From: Podarcis liolepis
Lineage: Eukaryota
Assembly (NCBI GenBank): GCA_965112155.1
Contig: OZ218106.1
Length of the DNA stretch: 64,000 nt
Reading direction: 5' to 3' (one strand)
Shown here: positions 13,021-25,708 of the stretch, in pieces
How positions within the stretch are numbered: the first letter of the stretch is position 1
Layout of the letters: each line of letters starts with the position of its first letter
The notes under the pieces: model-generated
Database searches by the model: none
The model's input: the letters and a program-made list of their open reading frames with translations, nothing else
What the model was told of the DNA's origin: nothing
Translations under genes and position numbers: made by a program

Positions 13021-14566
13021 TAATAGTGTATGCAAAGTTCTTTTGGGCTGGTACTAGAAACACTGGAGTCTCCTGAGAGTCAAATGATGAAAAGATATGT
13101 GGGTGGTGGTGAGTTTAAAGACACCTGGCATTTCCATGAATGGAATTTAACCTACTGTTCAGTCATAACTATTGCTCCACCTACTTTTTGCCTCTAACCA
13201 ATGGCATGTAGCTCCCCAAATATTCCCCATGATAGATTGTGGTCCATGGGTTGAAAGAGGTTTTCAACAAAGTTCATTGAGTAAGGCTAGGAAGGACCTG
13301 CCCCTGGAAAGCCACAGGCTAGATGGACTGTTGTTCTGTCTGACATCTCAAAAATCTTATACCACTTGCATCAACACATTTGTGAACCGCTCTGAGATTT
13401 TTGGATCTTTGGATAAAGGGCGATATTTAAACAACAACAACAACATGCGGCATGCTTCCTTTAGCTACAAATAACTGGAGTACTCAGTTATATTCCACAA
13501 GTTCATCACACATAGCAAGTTCCTTTTGAACAAGAAGGCAACTAAATGTAATATATTCACAGATCATAGAATTATAATATTGTAGAGTTGGAAAGCCACC
13601 AGGCATTAGAGGCAAGTGAGGAGAGGGAGTAGAAAATAAAATACACTATAATGCTCCAGCCTTTTGGCTCTCATTTACAAGATGAATCAGTGGACAGTGG
13701 AAAGAAAACTGAATCAGTTGTTTAGATCTAGTTCTGAGGCAAACACTTACATGCATCCTTAATTTTACTACCCGAGAATTAATAGGATGCTTCAAAGAAC
13801 TGTTTTTGGTAGGAAGCATAAGTAAAAAAAAAAAAAAAAGACTAAATAATTCAGTGTTGTTATTGGTCGTAGTGGGGAAATGAAGCTAACTGTGATGTAA
13901 TATTTCTCTAATAGTGTCCACTAAATGAAGCAATTCTGCAAACCTAAAGTTTCTATTTATCAAATAGGCCCCTGATTTAGCAGCCTCATAACTATAAAAC
14001 CCATAATGTGCAGGGACTAGAGACATTCTGGGTAAATTAAAATGGCAGATGGCTGGAGACCAGCACTTTGTGTTGCAGGATGCCTACCTATCAGATTAAA
14101 AAAATAAAAACTATAAAGATAATCTGGGAGGCAGGGAGCTTCATGAACACCAAAGAGGTGTCTGTGGGGAAAGCTGAAATAGGTAGCAAGAAGCTTGCAT
14201 TGCAGTTCTTTTGACCTTTATCTCATTTTACTTTTAAAATGCATACACATTTTGCTTTTTCTAAATAAGGGCTTGTCCACATTTACCTTTCCTGGCATGG
14301 TCTGTCCTTTAAATCTCCAGTTCTGAGCATCCTCCAGAGCATTGCCTGCAAAAACCTGCTCTTTAAAGCCGAATAGGAGCAAATGGCAATCTGCTGTTTG
14401 TTGAGCTTCAGCTTTAAAGAGTAGTTTTTTTATGGGGAAAGCTCCAGAGGGTGAATAAAGGGGGGGGGAGTGCTCAGAAACAGAGCTTAAAGTGTGGGCC
14501 AGTGCTGGGAAAGAGTAGTGCAAAAGGTAAGTGTGGATAAGCCCTAAATCTGCTTTAACTTCTTGA

Positions 14567-15316
14567 TTGCCCAAGCAGGTGCATTATGTGACCCACAAGA
14601 GCAGCAAAGAACCAGACTGTACAATGGTGATGGGATAAAATCAAGCCAAATATTCATTGACAGGGTAAGGGTTAGCATGGCATTGGGGCCAGGATCAGTT
14701 CCTCAATCCACAAATCCCATGTTGATGGAATGGGTGCACAGGGTTTGGACCACCCAAAGCCCATTCCATGGGAGTCGGCCAGTGTTGAACCTTGCTGTGG
14801 TGCAAGCCAAACAAGCAAGGTCTCACTGGGTGACCAGGGTGCAAATTCCAACCAAGCAGATACTCCAACCAGAGCTTGAGAGTGCTGTGGTCAACCCTCC
14901 CCATAGGCCCCTTATGGAGGGATGGTGGCTGGGTGGGTGGGACGCTATATTATGTTGATCCTGCCCAATGCCATTTCCACCCTCATACAAATATTCTTCC
15001 ACCTAACAAAAGGCAGGCATAATTTCACTGAGGGAAAGTTGGGGGGAAATCCTCCAGGTTGGAGAAAACAAATTCCTTTAAGGCCTTGTCAACCAGCAAC
15101 CAAAAAGTACTCAGTGAAGGCTCTAACCCGAGGGTGAGTGGGCAGGAAGCTCCTGAGCCAAAATAACCCAGACCTTCAGGGGAAGAAGCTTTATATAAAC
15201 TTTCCTCTCCTACTTGCAAGGGCTCATGGGACAGGTTTTTCCCATGAGGCCATAGCATGGGCAAGATGCTGGTCAAAACCTTGTCCAGTATTTTGCTGCA
15301 ATCTATGGGCCCCAGC
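14567..15316. repeat. Unclassified interspersed repeat of about 0.8 kb, possibly LTR-like (copy 1)
   Basis: Collinear homology with 43950-45015 (gcattatgtgaccca, gaaggctctaacccgagggtg, gcaagggctcatgggacag, tttgctgcaatctatgg). Confidence 0.7.
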
Positions 15317-15317
15317 G

Positions 15318-15683
15318 GGGATGTGGGTGGCGCTGTGGGTAAAAACTCAGTGCCTAGGACTTGTCGATCGTATGGTCGGCGGTTCGAATCCCTGCGGCGG
15401 GGTGAGCTCCCATCGATCGGTCCCAGCTCCTGCCCACCTAGCAATTCGAAAGCACCCCCGGGTGCAAGTAGATAAATAGGAACTGCTTTATATCGGGGAG
15501 GTAAACAGTGTTTCCGTGTGCTGCGCTGGTGCTGGCTCGCCAGCTGCAGCTTCATCACGCTGCCCACGTGACCCGGAAGTGTCTTCGGATGGTGCCGGCT
15601 AACGGCCTCTAGAGCGAGATGAGCACGCAACCCTAGAGTCGGACACGACTGGTCCGTACGGGCAGGGGTACCTTTTACCTTTA
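15318..15683 (+). mobile_element. Sauria SINE (Squam1/POM type), full length
   Basis: tRNA-derived head with box A (tggcgctgtgg) and box B (ggttcgaatcc), core gcaagtagataaatagg, Bov-B-derived tail agagtcggacacgact, terminal (accttt)n. Confidence 0.95.
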
Positions 15684-16740
15684 TTGGCCTGAAATAAGCC
15701 ATATCATGACTCTGGAACTGGGTTTTCTCTACCTATGCAACTGCTTGGTGAATGCAATTGAGACACTTGAACCCGTCCCTAAATATGACAGTGCCTCTTG
15801 TATTAGAGGCTTGAGAAGTGGTAGCTTATAGCAGGTGGCTAGAACCTTCACAATTTAGCAGACTCCGAACCCGAAGTCGATCATGAACTCATGGCATCAT
15901 TCACTTTCCTTTTGTCTTCCTTTATGTATTTATAAACTATAATATATTGAAAATATGTGGATACTTTTGGGAGTTTGTCTTCCTTTCTTGCAAGAAATCT
16001 TTCATCCCAGATGAAATTGTCAGGGGGAAACAACCCACGAATATGCTAATTTTCAGACGTGGCGAAAGTGATTGCAGCACATCACTGAATGTGCTACTGT
16101 GATCTTCAGTTATAATACGTTAATGTTAACAAAAATAGTAAGGGGAAGGATCGCAGCTTGTCTTCTACTATCTATCAATGGATAGATTTTCCAGCATGTA
16201 GGGAGCGTGTGCAGATTTCTGAGTGGTTGTAAGATGAAAATGAAGTTCATTCCACTAATGGGGCATGTTTTTCCTTGCTGAATACAACTTTAGTCACACA
16301 ACTGCAAGGAATATATTTAGAAGTGGAGGCACAAAAAGTTGAATCTCAATTACAAGGGAGTAAAAGGGAATAGTCCACTCACTCTTTTGCTGACATCTCA
16401 ACTAGCACTGTATTAGTACATATAATGCTTATCTGTCAGTGCACAGCAATTAATTCTGAGCCATCAGTCATCCTGTCCTCTTCCCAAAGAAGTGAAAGCA
16501 GCAACAATACCCAGAGAACTAGTGAGGGCTAGCTACTCTAATATTGCTTCCATAATTGACATCTTAAGTATCATTCCAGATAAGTGGATCCATGTGGCAG
16601 GCGCTGAGAGCGTGTACAATTGCTATGTTGACAATGGTGTCATTGTAGTACCTGCAATGGAAACGGTGGTTCTGTAAACATCTTTTGCTCTGCAGTGCTT
16701 TTAATCTCACTGTTTGGGATAACCTTGGGAATACACACAC

Positions 16741-16742
<2 letters not shown>

Positions 16743-16785
<43 letters not shown>
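16743..16785. repeat. (TG)n microsatellite
   Basis: Direct reading. Confidence 0.98.
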
Positions 16786-16787
<2 letters not shown>

Positions 16788-17454
16788 ATGCATTTCAAAG
16801 GCAAAGCCTCTCTCCTCCTGTGTCACAGATGTGGTAAATGTAATTGTACATCTAAAACATTTTCAAGGAAAATGTAATATGCCCCAGAATACATTTATTA
16901 AAAATGTATCTCACAATTTCAGTCCCATTTCCTGCTAATTGGCTCAGCTTAAAAGAAGGAAAGGCATACATCCTGACTATGAATGTGGCAATGTGAATTC
17001 ACAGTAATTCTGATTCCTGATCTGCAGTTACCCTGGTAGATGAGATGCACATTTGCCTGTTTCCCCTACATCGCTGCTAAAAAAGAAACATTGCATTTAT
17101 GGATCACTGCACGAAGGGGATCCAGAATGTTGGTTGCTGCTGCTGCTGCTGCTGCAATAGCTTGCTAGAGATCCTTAAGAAATCAGGTGAGGCATGCCAT
17201 CTCTGGAAGAGTGCATGTGGCTTAGCAGTGGATGAACTCTATTTCTAGTTCACAGCACTGTTGCAATTCCTCATTCATAAGACCCTTCCATCTCATTTCT
17301 GTTTTAATCTGTTACTTTAAAATCATCCTCACAAATGCCCACAATGGTGAGTCGTTCTCAGTTTTGGAGGTTGAGAAGCTTACCTGTTCTGGATGTGGTT
17401 TCACTCTCTCTAAATGGTATGTAGTTTTTGTTTTGTTTTTTTCCCCTTAAATTT

Positions 17455-18108
17455 ATTTAATTTATCAATAATTTAATTAATTTATCAATAAACAGGAGAG
17501 AGAGAGAAGTATAAAACAAAGTGCAGAGAAAAGAACTCTGAGTGCAAGGTATAAAGAGGCAAGCAAATGGGTGGAAAGAATAATAACAATAATGAGATGG
17601 GGGAAGGAAGCCACACAGAGAAGAGGAAATAGAAAGTGGGCAAGCGAGCGGCCAGTGGGCACAGGGACTCTGCCTTCCTCTGCCCCCGCCCTGTGAGTGC
17701 GCGGAGCCTCCCACCTCCCTCTGCTCCACCGCTTCTGAGGTTCGGTGGGCGCCCAACCCGAGAAGCCATGTGCGCATCCCTGCCTCCTGCTCCTTCCCCT
17801 TTCAGAGGAGAAATAGAAATGGCAACTGCTATAGTGGCCGCCTGCAATGTTTCCTGCGATGGAAAGGGACTTGGGCTTCTCTAGTGCCTGCCTGCGTGCA
17901 GTCCCTCCCGGGAAAGCCCCGCCCCACGTAGTTCCCAACTCCGCAGCAAGGCTGCATTGCCACGTGGAGCTGCCTGAGCAGAAACAATCGTGCGCCCTCC
18001 CCCCCACTGCTTGCTCCCTCTGCAGCGCCCAGGCAATTGCCGGATGGGCAGGGTTCAGGACCCTGGAGGACTGGATCAGGCCTGTGGACGGTAGTTTGAG
18101 GACCCATG
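17455..18108. mobile_element. hAT (Charlie-like) non-autonomous element, right end only recognisable
   Basis: Ends in gtagtttgaggacccatg followed by gtttagag (hAT-Charlie-like terminus and target). GC/CpG-rich interior. Left TIR not found, so the start is approximate. Confidence 0.55.
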
Positions 18109-18215
18109 GTTTAGAGCTTACCATACAAGAAATGGGATAGCTGATAGACTGTGACTGTGAAAACAATACATGTGTTAAGATGTTACTTCTAAATTATATT
18201 TAAATTGACTACTTC

Positions 18216-19353
18216 TTTTTTTATATATAAATAATTTTTATTAACCGGCCAATCAAATCAAATTAAATCACATCACATAAGTTCCGAATTACAAAGCCGA
18301 ATTTTAAATTTTCTTGGGGGAACCCATATTTCAAGATCCGAAGGGGGATTCTGATCATCTTCTTGCTACTGCATTAATGACCAAATCAGACCAAATCAGT
18401 CCAAACAGAGTTCATAATTCTATCCAGTCTTATCTTGCTGTTTCCACATCACATCTTGTTCATATATTTTCTCTTTTTTCTTTATGATCTCTTCTGATAG
18501 TCTCCTTAAGCCGATAAACACCAATATTAATCCTGTGTGAATTTTTCTGTTCTTCCAATCCTCAAATCAAGATGGTTTTCATATATCATCACCTTCATAG
18601 ATAACATCGCTCTTTCCATCATTATCTCGCAAAACTGTCGCTCTTGAGTCCCTCTGAGGAGTTTCACCCACAGTATAAAAGCAGCTCTATTTCTCTATTT
18701 CTCCTCCCAGACTCAAAACCTCCAACAGAACTTCCCAATATGGCGACGGCAATTTTAACTGCGTCATTCCAGAGCTCTTGTACATTTGACGCTCTTCTTA
18801 AAACATGATTTGGTTCGGAAGTTTATCTCCACACAGTCTTAAATCCACAGCTTAAGTCCTTAAAACGACATTTATGACTCGTGAGGGGAGGGGATTCTTG
18901 TTTAACCACATAAGGAAAGAAAGGAAAGTTTTTCCCTCCTCCCCCATCAGTCATTTGCCATACCGTATCTTGGCGTATCTTCTCATGATTTATTCTTGTC
19001 TTGTTTTATCAGAGATCTCTTCTGTTAGCAGTCTTTTACTCCCCCTTCTTCATTGAAATATGTGCAATTAGCTTCATCCAAATTGTTTCTTTTGAAGTTC
19101 TTGCAGCTAGTGGCGCGGATCAGGGACAGCGTCTAGGAGTGCCGGAATCCCACAGGAGGGCTTTGTGCCTAGTTCCCCCACCCCCACAAATTCGGGGGTG
19201 GTGTAGGGCACAGCAGGCAAGGGCAGTCCCCCCCACCATCCCAGGGGGGGGTAAGGAGGCTAATTACCCCCATCATAGCCTCCAAATTACCTCGTGTGGG
19301 TCGGAGAGATGTTATTGTCAGCCACCTTCCGATGCCCCCCCTAGTGGCCCCCC
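18216..19353 (-). mobile_element. Short L1-type non-autonomous retroposon, apparently complete
   Basis: 16-bp TSD ttaaattgactacttc (18200-18215) / ttaaattgactatttc (19354-19369). Minus strand starts with a G run and a GC-rich leader and ends aataaa...aaaaaaa. No long ORF. Confidence 0.75.
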
Positions 19354-20664
19354 TTAAATTGACTATTTCACTCCTAATTTATGTTTATTTTAGAACACAC
19401 GTACAGTGCTGAGGTGTCACAGAGGTGCTTGTAGAGTACTGTGAAAGGAGGCTAAACATTAAGAGCATCCATGAAAGTAACAAACTAATATCTCAACCAA
19501 AGCTTCTGTGCCATGGCATTAAGTTGAAAGAGATATGGTCCAGATTTGGACTGGAGAATGAACTAGAGATGTGTGTGCATGCAAACATGGGCTGTTCTTA
19601 CTCACTTCTTTGCCCTTTTGGCTAATGTTCCTGTTCGTGTTGCTTATATATGTTGCTTGATTTAATGGTGAGGAGACTGGTCATCGTCTTGCTACCAAGC
19701 CTTTATTTAAAGCTGCTAGAAGGAAACTGCAGTCTGTTTTGCGAGAATCACTGGAGGAGTGTGATATACTCGATGCAGGAAAGGTATGCAGATAGCATAA
19801 GTAATCATGTGCATGCAGAAATGTATGTTAGAAAGTATGTGAAGAGGAAAACAAGAAAGAGGCTGCAGGAAATTCACAGCCAGGCTGATTTAAGAACATG
19901 TCATGTCAAATAATCGTATGAGAAGCAAGAGCCTTAAGGCTATTCGGCTTCCTAGGTCAGCCACCTAAAGTAGCATCTTGATATGCCTGGCAAAAGGGCA
20001 AACACATCATCTGCCCACTACCAGCATGCTGCTTGTAACTAGAAACCAAGGACAGGCTCAGTTTCAGACTACCAAGATTAAGAGTGCTAGATAAATTCTG
20101 AAAAGGGACCACAGTGATTCAGATTGATATGTCTGGCCCTCCACTTTACCTAGCACTGAGGTCAGAGCTTCCCTCCAGGCCCCAGTCTGGTCGTTCCCCA
20201 ATTTATGTAAGAGCCAGGTAGCCAGTTGAATGGATATAAATACAGTAAAAGATAATAGCTGTGCTTGGATTCATACATGTTTTGCATGAGTGGAAAGGGA
20301 TTTCTGCTCATGCAGGACAACCTCACCAAATTCTCCCAATTTCTCCATCTCACTGCCACCCCCATATTCCATCACAAGCTATTCCAGACAGTCACGTGAC
20401 CTCCAGGAGCAGCTTTTCAGTGAGCAGCAAGGACTTGACTGGTAGTGTATTCTGGGTGGGTAGCAGTTGTGGCTCCTCACCTTTTGCCACCATCCCCGAT
20501 AGTCAGAAACAAACTTCTTTGGCAAGCTGCTGGGAATTTTCCCCAGCTGGCTTGGCTGTGGGGTGGGACTTCCTGTCAAAAGATAAATTTGAAAGGGCCA
20601 ATCAGAGCCCCCTCCATCCCTCAGAGCAAACCAGGGTGGACCACAGCACTAGTAACAATATATA

Positions 20665-20897
20665 CAGTGGTACCTCGGTTTTCGTACGTCTCCATTGATG
20701 AACATTTCAGTTTTCGAATCTGGAAGGAAATGCTTCAGTTTTTGAACATGGCCTCGGAAGTCGAACATGCCATGCGGCTTCCACTGATTGCAAGATCCTG
20801 AGGCCTAGCTGTTGGCTACTGAGTTTTCAGATTTTGAATGTTTCATAACTCAAACAGTCTTCCAGAATGGATCGTGTTAGAAAACCAAGGTACAGTG
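20665..20897. mobile_element. Tc1/mariner (Tigger-like) MITE
   Basis: ta-cagtggtacctcggttttc ... gaaaaccaaggtacagtg (degenerate right TIR). Confidence 0.8.
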
Positions 20898-22664
20898 ATA
20901 TAGGGGAAATGCTTCACACATAAGCCTACATAAAACAAAGAGATTTTTTGCAAAAATGTTAGACTACATACATCTGCTGGTCCAATTAGACAAGAAACAA
21001 TTACCATCCTCTTAGCACGCATCCCATGGCTAATAAAGGCACACATAAGGATTCTTAACTGGGGATTTAGGAAGAGAAAGCGAACAATGCTAAAATCATT
21101 GCAAATGCATGAAAGGGACAATTCAAATACCAAACCCTTGATTAGCATATTTATATGTTTTGCAGTGTTAGTTAACTAAATATTCTTGTCCTTTGCTTAG
21201 ATTTATTTGTGAATGCATTTGAGATACCAGGCTTTTGTTTTCTTTAATTGAAAGGTAATGCATTAATTAACAGTTCCATTGAAGAAGAAGAAAACCTCAA
21301 TCCCCCATTCTTTGATTGTTTTACACATCTCAAAAACATGAATCACTTTATTAGCAATTTTAATTGGTTTGCTCCACAGCAAATGCAACTTTAGACACCC
21401 ACTTTTACAGTTGCAGTGATCTTTAATATGCTTTAGGCTCATTTTGGCATTTCTCATAATGCACAGTTGCTAGCTTTGAGTTGTACTGAGCCTTTGGCTA
21501 CTTTCATTCTACTCCTCCCTCCTGGAAGCACAGTTGTTTGCTACCTCCTTCCCCTATAGCCTTCCACTTCCACACAATTCCTATATTATTTATTGATCTA
21601 TTGCATTGCATGTCAACCCAAAGTACTCCATTGTGCATAGAGCTGAAGAGGGATAGTGGCTTGCCTAAAGCTACCCAGCAGTTCTTTCATGGCTGAACTA
21701 AGATTTGAAGTGCAGACTTCCAGTTCAGAGCTCATCCTTATAGCCATAAGCAGTAGTCATAGCTCACTATCCAGATTTTTCTACAGTGACAGTCAATTAT
21801 TAAATTGTGTTGGAACACACAGTTGGGTTCCTTCCCCCATTCCTTGCTACAAGGATTTGGATTCCAACCTTAAGTTCAGTTTGTCCCACATCTACATGAA
21901 TTTATGAGGGTTTTTTTTTTAAAAAAAAGCCTGCAAAAGAAAAGTAATGCCACTCTTTCCAATATATGCAATTTTATACACAATTTTGCATAATTTTTCA
22001 AGCAAATTCATCGGTGTAATGCAGTTTTATAAATTATCCTCACTAATATGTGCATCCTTGTGTGTACATTTTGGCTGGAAAACTGCAGTGCAAAATGTAA
22101 AGAAGTGTAAAAATTGAAAGAAATTTGGTTTGGGAAGTGCAAACCATGAGTGGGTTTTTGTTTTTTGTTTTGCCTCTGATGACCACATGTGATGGTGGGT
22201 GGTGACAGGGGGAAACATGAATGTGGCAGACAAGGCTATCAGTGGCCAGAGGTAGAGCATGTGCTCTTCCCCTTCGCAACTCTCTCTCCCCCCACACACA
22301 GTTTCCCCCCTCCACACAAAGGCAGACACCGTATCCCAACAAATACCCTCACATTCATCCTAGCAGGCCAGCTGATAAGCATTAGGAATAACTGGGTAAC
22401 TCAGCCTCCCTGCTTCCCTGCTACTTTTAGGGTCAATCAGCTGGAGGGAGGATGGTGTTCCTGTGTGCTGCATGGAAATAGGCCATGGATCATATGTGGT
22501 CTGCAGGTAGCCCAGATGGGACTTATAATATCATTGCCATACAAACCGTCATTGGTTAATAGCTGGGTATTTAACTCTATGTTATTATGAGTGTTATTTT
22601 CCTTCTATAGAGTGTTACTCTCTAGAGTGATCTGACTTCTGTTGTTCCATATTTGAAAACTATA

Positions 22665-22666
<2 letters not shown>

Positions 22667-22706
<40 letters not shown>
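22667..22706. repeat. (AT)n microsatellite
   Basis: Direct reading. Confidence 0.98.
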
Positions 22707-22708
<2 letters not shown>

Positions 22709-23728
22709 ATCAGAGGATGCCATAACTAACCATTGTACATTTCAAGTGGACGGGGGAGGGGGAGGCTCCATTCATTCTGTTTTCCTGAGATACGGTGGAT
22801 GTAAACGTAACTTCAGCCAGATGTAGTTTACAACTAAGAATTACAAATATGTAATTCTCTAGGTCACTGCCAAATATTGAAATAAAAATTGATACCCAAT
22901 ACAACAAATTGGCATGTTAGATCATGAACACAGGAAGATGCAGAATAGTGAGAAAAGGAAGCAAACTCTAGCTACTGAGACTGAAAGGATTCCTCTCTCC
23001 TTCAGTTCCTTTATTATTATATAGATTTGCTATCCTCTGCATCCCCCTAATTATGGTTTTAAGTAGCATGATTTCTATAATTACCTTCTGCCACTAGGTC
23101 CTAGAAAAGGGCTGCCTCACTCCTCTGCCTATTCTGCAAGTGGCAGCTTGAACATAGTACCAGCTAGTGGCCTTTGGGGAAATGCTTCATTCTACTCATT
23201 CCTGCAATCATATCTTTTTCCTTTTGCATGTTTTATCCAAGTGTCTCCACAACTGTCCCAGAAATATCCATCCTCTCTAAAAATGGAACCTGATTTTCTG
23301 CTTCTTTCTTTGGATGGTGGGAGAAACCTCTGAAAATCTGGGGATGGGGTTGGTGCTTACCTTACGAGGTCATGCTAGGAAGTGTGGCTCATGGGAATCA
23401 GTGGAGAGAGGTTGGAAGTGCTTCCCACCTGCAATATTTCTTGGAAGGCTTTGGAGGCAACATAACGCAACATGGTGTAAGTGTCACTCCCACACGTTCC
23501 AAGAAGTGTGGGCAGTGGGAAGCTGCAAAAAGAGTCATGTAGCACTCTAAGTTGTGTGGGTTTAAAAGGAGGGGAGAGCAAGAAACAAATGGAAAAAGTT
23601 GCACATTCTTAAGGTTCCAGCAAGCTATAGTTTGGCTCATCTTGACACGTAAAGATGAATATGATTTTTATGCTTTGTCACACTTTCAATCAAACAGCAT
23701 ACCTCTTATGCAATCAGTTGAAAAAGAA

Positions 23729-23863
23729 NNNNNNNNNNNNNNNNNNNNNNNNNNNNNNNNNNNNNNNNNNNNNNNNNNNNNNNNNNNNNNNNNNNNNNNN
23801 NNNNNNNNNNNNNNNNNNNNNNNNNNNNNNNNNNNNNNNNNNNNNNNNNNNNNNNNNNNNNNN
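23729..23863. other. Assembly gap (135 N)
   Basis: Run of n. Confidence 1.
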
Positions 23864-23961
23864 ATTAGTATCATTGATTATAATTTAAGCCAGGGATACA
23901 CTAAATAGTCTATTAAACACATCCCAAGAATTTCAGAGATGAATTCTGTCAAAACCTGTGG

Positions 23962-23962
<1 letters not shown>

Positions 23963-24047
<85 letters not shown>

Positions 24048-24056
24048 GCAACAACA
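23963..24056. repeat. Compound (AAT)n(AAC)n microsatellite
   Basis: Direct reading. It is the source of the spurious poly-L and poly-N ORFs. Confidence 0.98.
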
Positions 24057-24431
24057 GTTTATGTTGTTGCCTTTGTGTCATTCAATGCTTGAATGTCTCC
24101 AAGGCCAGCCACAAAGCGTCAGTGACTAACTAAAAGCTTTGGAGCATCAGCATTTTATTTTTCTTCCATTCCCAGGGAGCTTAATGTTGAAGAAACTGCT
24201 ACAGTTGCTTCACCTCCCTATCTGCCCTCTGTTCGCAGACACACACATTGAATGGATTCTAGAGAACCAGCAGTGTTTGTTTTCAAACCATAATAAACCA
24301 GTACAAAAGGGCCATGTGAGTGTTCTTTCTCTATCAGAAAACAAAGTCTGAGGATGAAGGCAGAGAATATGAAATGCTTTTAGAGGTCTATAGATAATGG
24401 ATTTGAATTTGTTATTGCTCTCAGTTTAAGT

Positions 24432-24613
24432 AGTAGATAGGTAGTCGTGTTGGTCTGCCATAGTCAAAATAAAAAAATTCCTTCCAGTAGCACCTTAAAG
24501 ACCAACTAAGTTAGTTCTTGGTATGAGCTTTCGTGTGCATGCACACGAAAGCTCATACCAAGAACTAACTTAGTTGGTCTTTAAGGTGCTACTGGAAGGA
24601 ATTTTTTTATTTT
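24432..24613 (-). mobile_element. Penelope-like element pseudo-LTR fragment with inverted duplication (perfect 148-bp palindrome 24466-24613)
   Basis: Same family as 52080-52306. Arms of 74 bp, no spacer, centre gtgtgca|tgcacac (24539/24540). 14-bp TSD ctctcagtttaagt (24418-24431, 24614-24627). Confidence 0.88.
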
Positions 24614-25286
24614 CTCTCAGTTTAAGTGATACATACTGTACTGTATATATGACTTGACCTGCTGGATTTAAACACAGCCCTGAATGCCGATAGTTCTTTC
24701 CTGCTCAGGATTGTCTGTATTGTTGCATGGAAGATCCAAATCACTGTTATCCTCTTTTCTCAATCTGCTTCACTGTTACTTCCATCTCCATTGTTGCAAG
24801 ACACCACCATCACTTTTTGCTCATTGCCATTCAATATGAATCAATGTCTAATTGGAAATACTGTAGTTGTGCTATAAAAGCCGGCTTATGCATGACTGGT
24901 CCTATATGCATGCAAGCCTATATACATCATTAGCAGTGAGATGGCAGCAAGGGGGAAATGGGTGACAGATACAGTGACCATCCTGATGGGGACAGACAAA
25001 TGGCAACAGTGACAACACTGCAAAGTATGCTGAGATATTCCTGATTGGTTGAGACACAGTCTATACTAGACATTGAATAAATTAAAGATATTAGAAACTT
25101 GCAGAAACATATATTTCTGGTTAATCAAAGGTGAAATTTCCCTTGAGTGTTTAGTGTGCCACAGACATCCCATGACATCACAGCGATAACGGAACAGGGA
25201 GAACTCAGGCAAAAGAGAGAATGCCACCTAGTAGATAGGGTAGATTTCACTGGTTGCTGGGTTTGGAACCACACTGGGGGAGGGAT

Positions 25287-25708
25287 TCATAGAATCATAG
25301 AATCATAGAATCATAGATTTGGAAGAGACCACAAGGGCCATCGAGTTCAACCCCCTGCCAAGCAGGAAACACCATCAGAGCACTCCTGACATATGGTTGT
25401 CAAGCCTCTGCTTAAAGACCTCCAAAATAGGAGACTCCACCACACTCCTTGGCAGCAAATTCCACTGTCGAACAGCTCTTACTGTCAGGAAGTTCTTCCT
25501 AATGTTTAGGTGGAATCTTCTTTCTTGTAGTTTGGATCCATTGCTCCGTGTCCGCTTCTCTGGAGCAGCAGAAAACAACCTTTCTCCCTCCTCTATGTGG
25601 CATCCTTTTATATATTTGAACATGGCTATCATATCACCCCTTAACCTCCTCTTCTCCAGGCTAAACATGCCCAGCTCCCTTAGCCGTTCCTCATAAGGCA
25701 TCGTTTCA
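25287..25708 (-). mobile_element. CR1 LINE 3' end with intact ORF2 C-terminus
   Basis: PYEERLRELGMFSLEKRRLRGDMIAMFKY...NIRKNFLTVRAVRQWNLLP...FKQRLD (stop at 25375) and a terminal (ATTCTATG)n repeat. Confidence 0.95.

Noticed and set aside
15025-15702. 225-aa minus-strand ORF
   Set aside because: Antisense read-through of a Sauria SINE and the adjacent repeat, with no protein motifs.
17477-18166. 229-aa ORF and overlapping ORFs
   Set aside because: Lie within a GC-rich non-autonomous hAT element, open in several frames from composition, with no transposase motifs.
20130-20645. Possible degenerate solo LTR
   Set aside because: Termini and TSD are not convincing.
23552-24133. ORFs with X runs, poly-L and poly-N
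   Set aside because: Artefacts of the N gap and the (AAT)n(AAC)n microsatellite.
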